Shown here one piece after another: positions 54,742 through 56,090 of a stretch of DNA of 56,090 nt; the stretch's first letter is position 1, and the number at the start of each line of letters is the position of its first letter. Source of the stretch: an uncultured Methanosarcinales archaeon (lineage in GTDB: Archaea > Nanobdellota > Nanobdellia > Woesearchaeales > JABMPP01). A program made the translations under genes and the position numbers. Location of the stretch: NCBI GenBank assembly GCA_964604995.1, contig CAZSAD010000002.1:40434-96523 (forward strand), given 5' to 3'. The notes beneath the pieces were generated by a model that did no database searches, was not told the DNA's origin, and saw nothing but the letters and a program-made list of their open reading frames with translations.

Positions 54742-56025
54742 ATGCCACTAGATGAAAAATTAAATGTTATACCAAGTATTATTTTATCAGGTGAAATAGA
54801 TCCTTTAATTGGACTTAGCAATGAAGATAAAGCGTTTATTGATAAGATTAAATGGAAACCTGACTATACTTGGTTAAATAAATGGGTTGCTCCAAGAGTA
54901 GTTAAAGGTGTAGAACTTCGCAGAGATAATATGTATCTTTCTGTAGATAATAAAATTTTAGAATTAAAAAAAGGAAAACAAGATAAAGCAAATTCAATTT
55001 TTTTTGTTTCAAATCATCAAACACACAAAGACTATTTTGAACAATTAGAACAACTTTATCCTCTATGGTTACCTATGCCTGAAGTTGGAATAGGTGAAAA
55101 TTTGTTTAATCAACCTCCTAAAATTCTATTTAATAAATTTTTTAGTATAGTTGGTTTTATGATCCCAAGAAAAAAAAGTGCATCATCTGCAGATTTATTA
55201 AATAAATATGAAATTCATGAACTTTTATCAGGATATGATCTTCTTATTTATCCAAATAAAGGATCAATAGGTCTTACACGTGATGGTAAAATAACCGAAT
55301 TTACTTCTGAACCATTTAGTGCGCCAATAAATGCACAGAAAATTGCAGATTTGAATGGATTATCTCTTGATATTTTTATTGGACCTTCTATAATTAAACA
55401 AGAAATTGCAACAGAATTTCCACTATATACTGCAGAATTTGAAAAAAATAAATACAAAGATTTGATTAGGTGGTTTGAAATATACAAACAAAAATCATTG
55501 GAATATAAAGGTTCAACATTTATAACATTTCTAAAACCAATAAATGTTAGAGATTGGACAGAAAATGAGACGGGTAAACTTAAAAAAGAATATTCTACTA
55601 ATAATTCAGATGAAATTCCTCAACATATTCTTGATAAAAAACTTAGGGAAAATTTAGCAAAATATTCAAATGGATTAATACTTGAAAATTCTCCTTTAGT
55701 TAGTACAGATATTTTACCTTATGTTTACACGCTCTTGGGTGAGTTTGGTATAACAAAAGAAAACTTCCAAAGACAAATAGAACATACAATAAAAATTGCA
55801 AAGGAAAGAAATATGCCTATTGGTGATAATATTGTAGAAATGAACGGTAATGAAATTTTTGAGCATGCTATAAACATTTTTGAATCACAAAGAAAACCGA
55901 TTTTACATTACAATTCAGGTAATAATATTGTCATGGTTGATAATGTGGATGCTTTTTTGAAATATGTAAATAGAGCAAAACAATTAATGGATTACCACTA
56001 TGGAAAAACAAGAAATACTAATTAA
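54742..56025 (+). CDS. GPAT/PlsB/PlsC-superfamily (LPLAT) acyltransferase-like protein
   Basis: The four acyltransferase blocks appear in order: FFVSNHQTHKDY (HX4D), VGFMIPRK (GxxFIxR-like), IYPNKGSIGLTRDGK (degenerate xEGxRSxxG) and IFIGPSII (IxPVxI-like). Confidence 0.55.
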   Translation: MPLDEKLNVIPSIILSGEIDPLIGLSNEDKAFIDKIKWKPDYTWLNKWVAPRVVKGVELRRDNMYLSVDNKILELKKGKQDKANSIFFVSNHQTHKDYFEQLEQLYPLWLPMPEVGIGENLFNQPPKILFNKFFSIVGFMIPRKKSASSADLLNKYEIHELLSGYDLLIYPNKGSIGLTRDGKITEFTSEPFSAPINAQKIADLNGLSLDIFIGPSIIKQEIATEFPLYTAEFEKNKYKDLIRWFEIYKQKSLEYKGSTFITFLKPINVRDWTENETGKLKKEYSTNNSDEIPQHILDKKLRENLAKYSNGLILENSPLVSTDILPYVYTLLGEFGITKENFQRQIEHTIKIAKERNMPIGDNIVEMNGNEIFEHAINIFESQRKPILHYNSGNNIVMVDNVDAFLKYVNRAKQLMDYHYGKTRNTN

Positions 56026-56090
56026 TTTCCAAATTATTTTTTTATTACAACACTATAATTTATTGTCATAACTTATTATAACATTTCAAC

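Overview
Strongly AT-rich, gene-dense window from a small-genome archaeon, by gene content probably DPANN-like. The archaeal assignment rests on the S13-S4-S11-RpoD / L18e-L13-S9-RpoN cluster, Sec61-beta, NAC, a Sulfolobus-type single-OB SSB, archaeal-type TrpRS, SRP RNA and RNase P RNA. Core content: pheA(3' end)-tyrA; a near-complete pyrimidine operon (carA, tandem-Nudix gene, carB, pyrB, pyrC, pyrE, pyrF, then rpe) with no pyrD or pyrI in the window; bacterial-type coaE and coaD; scpB; gyrA; a THUMP methyltransferase; leuS (bacterial type); NAD kinase; folA-thyA; presenilin-like protease; trpB; trpS. RNA genes read directly from the sequence: RNase P RNA, SRP RNA, tRNA-His(GUG), tRNA-Leu(GAG), tRNA-Phe(GAA). 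No CRISPR array, rRNA, transposase, integrase or reverse transcriptase was found. Most interesting loci: (1) a 23-nt exact duplicate of the tRNA-Phe 3' end about 1.07 kb downstream, bracketing a small integrase-less cassette with a RelE-like gene, an antitoxin-like mini-ORF and a structured non-coding stretch; (2) a minimal type IV filament/secretion-like module (RHH regulator, 767-aa FlaI/VirB11-family ATPase, 726-aa polytopic membrane protein) with no pilin or prepilin peptidase, preceded by a periodic array of ATCAT-core repeats; (3) a translationally coupled module of two paralogous unknown proteins, a MinD/ParA ATPase and a membrane protein; (4) a trpB, unknown, trpS cluster; (5) three adjacent paralogous coiled-coil genes, one with a long P/Q/N-rich disordered region; (6) a GPAT/PlsB-like acyltransferase in an archaeal context. 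All functional calls come from motif recognition by eye. No database search was run.
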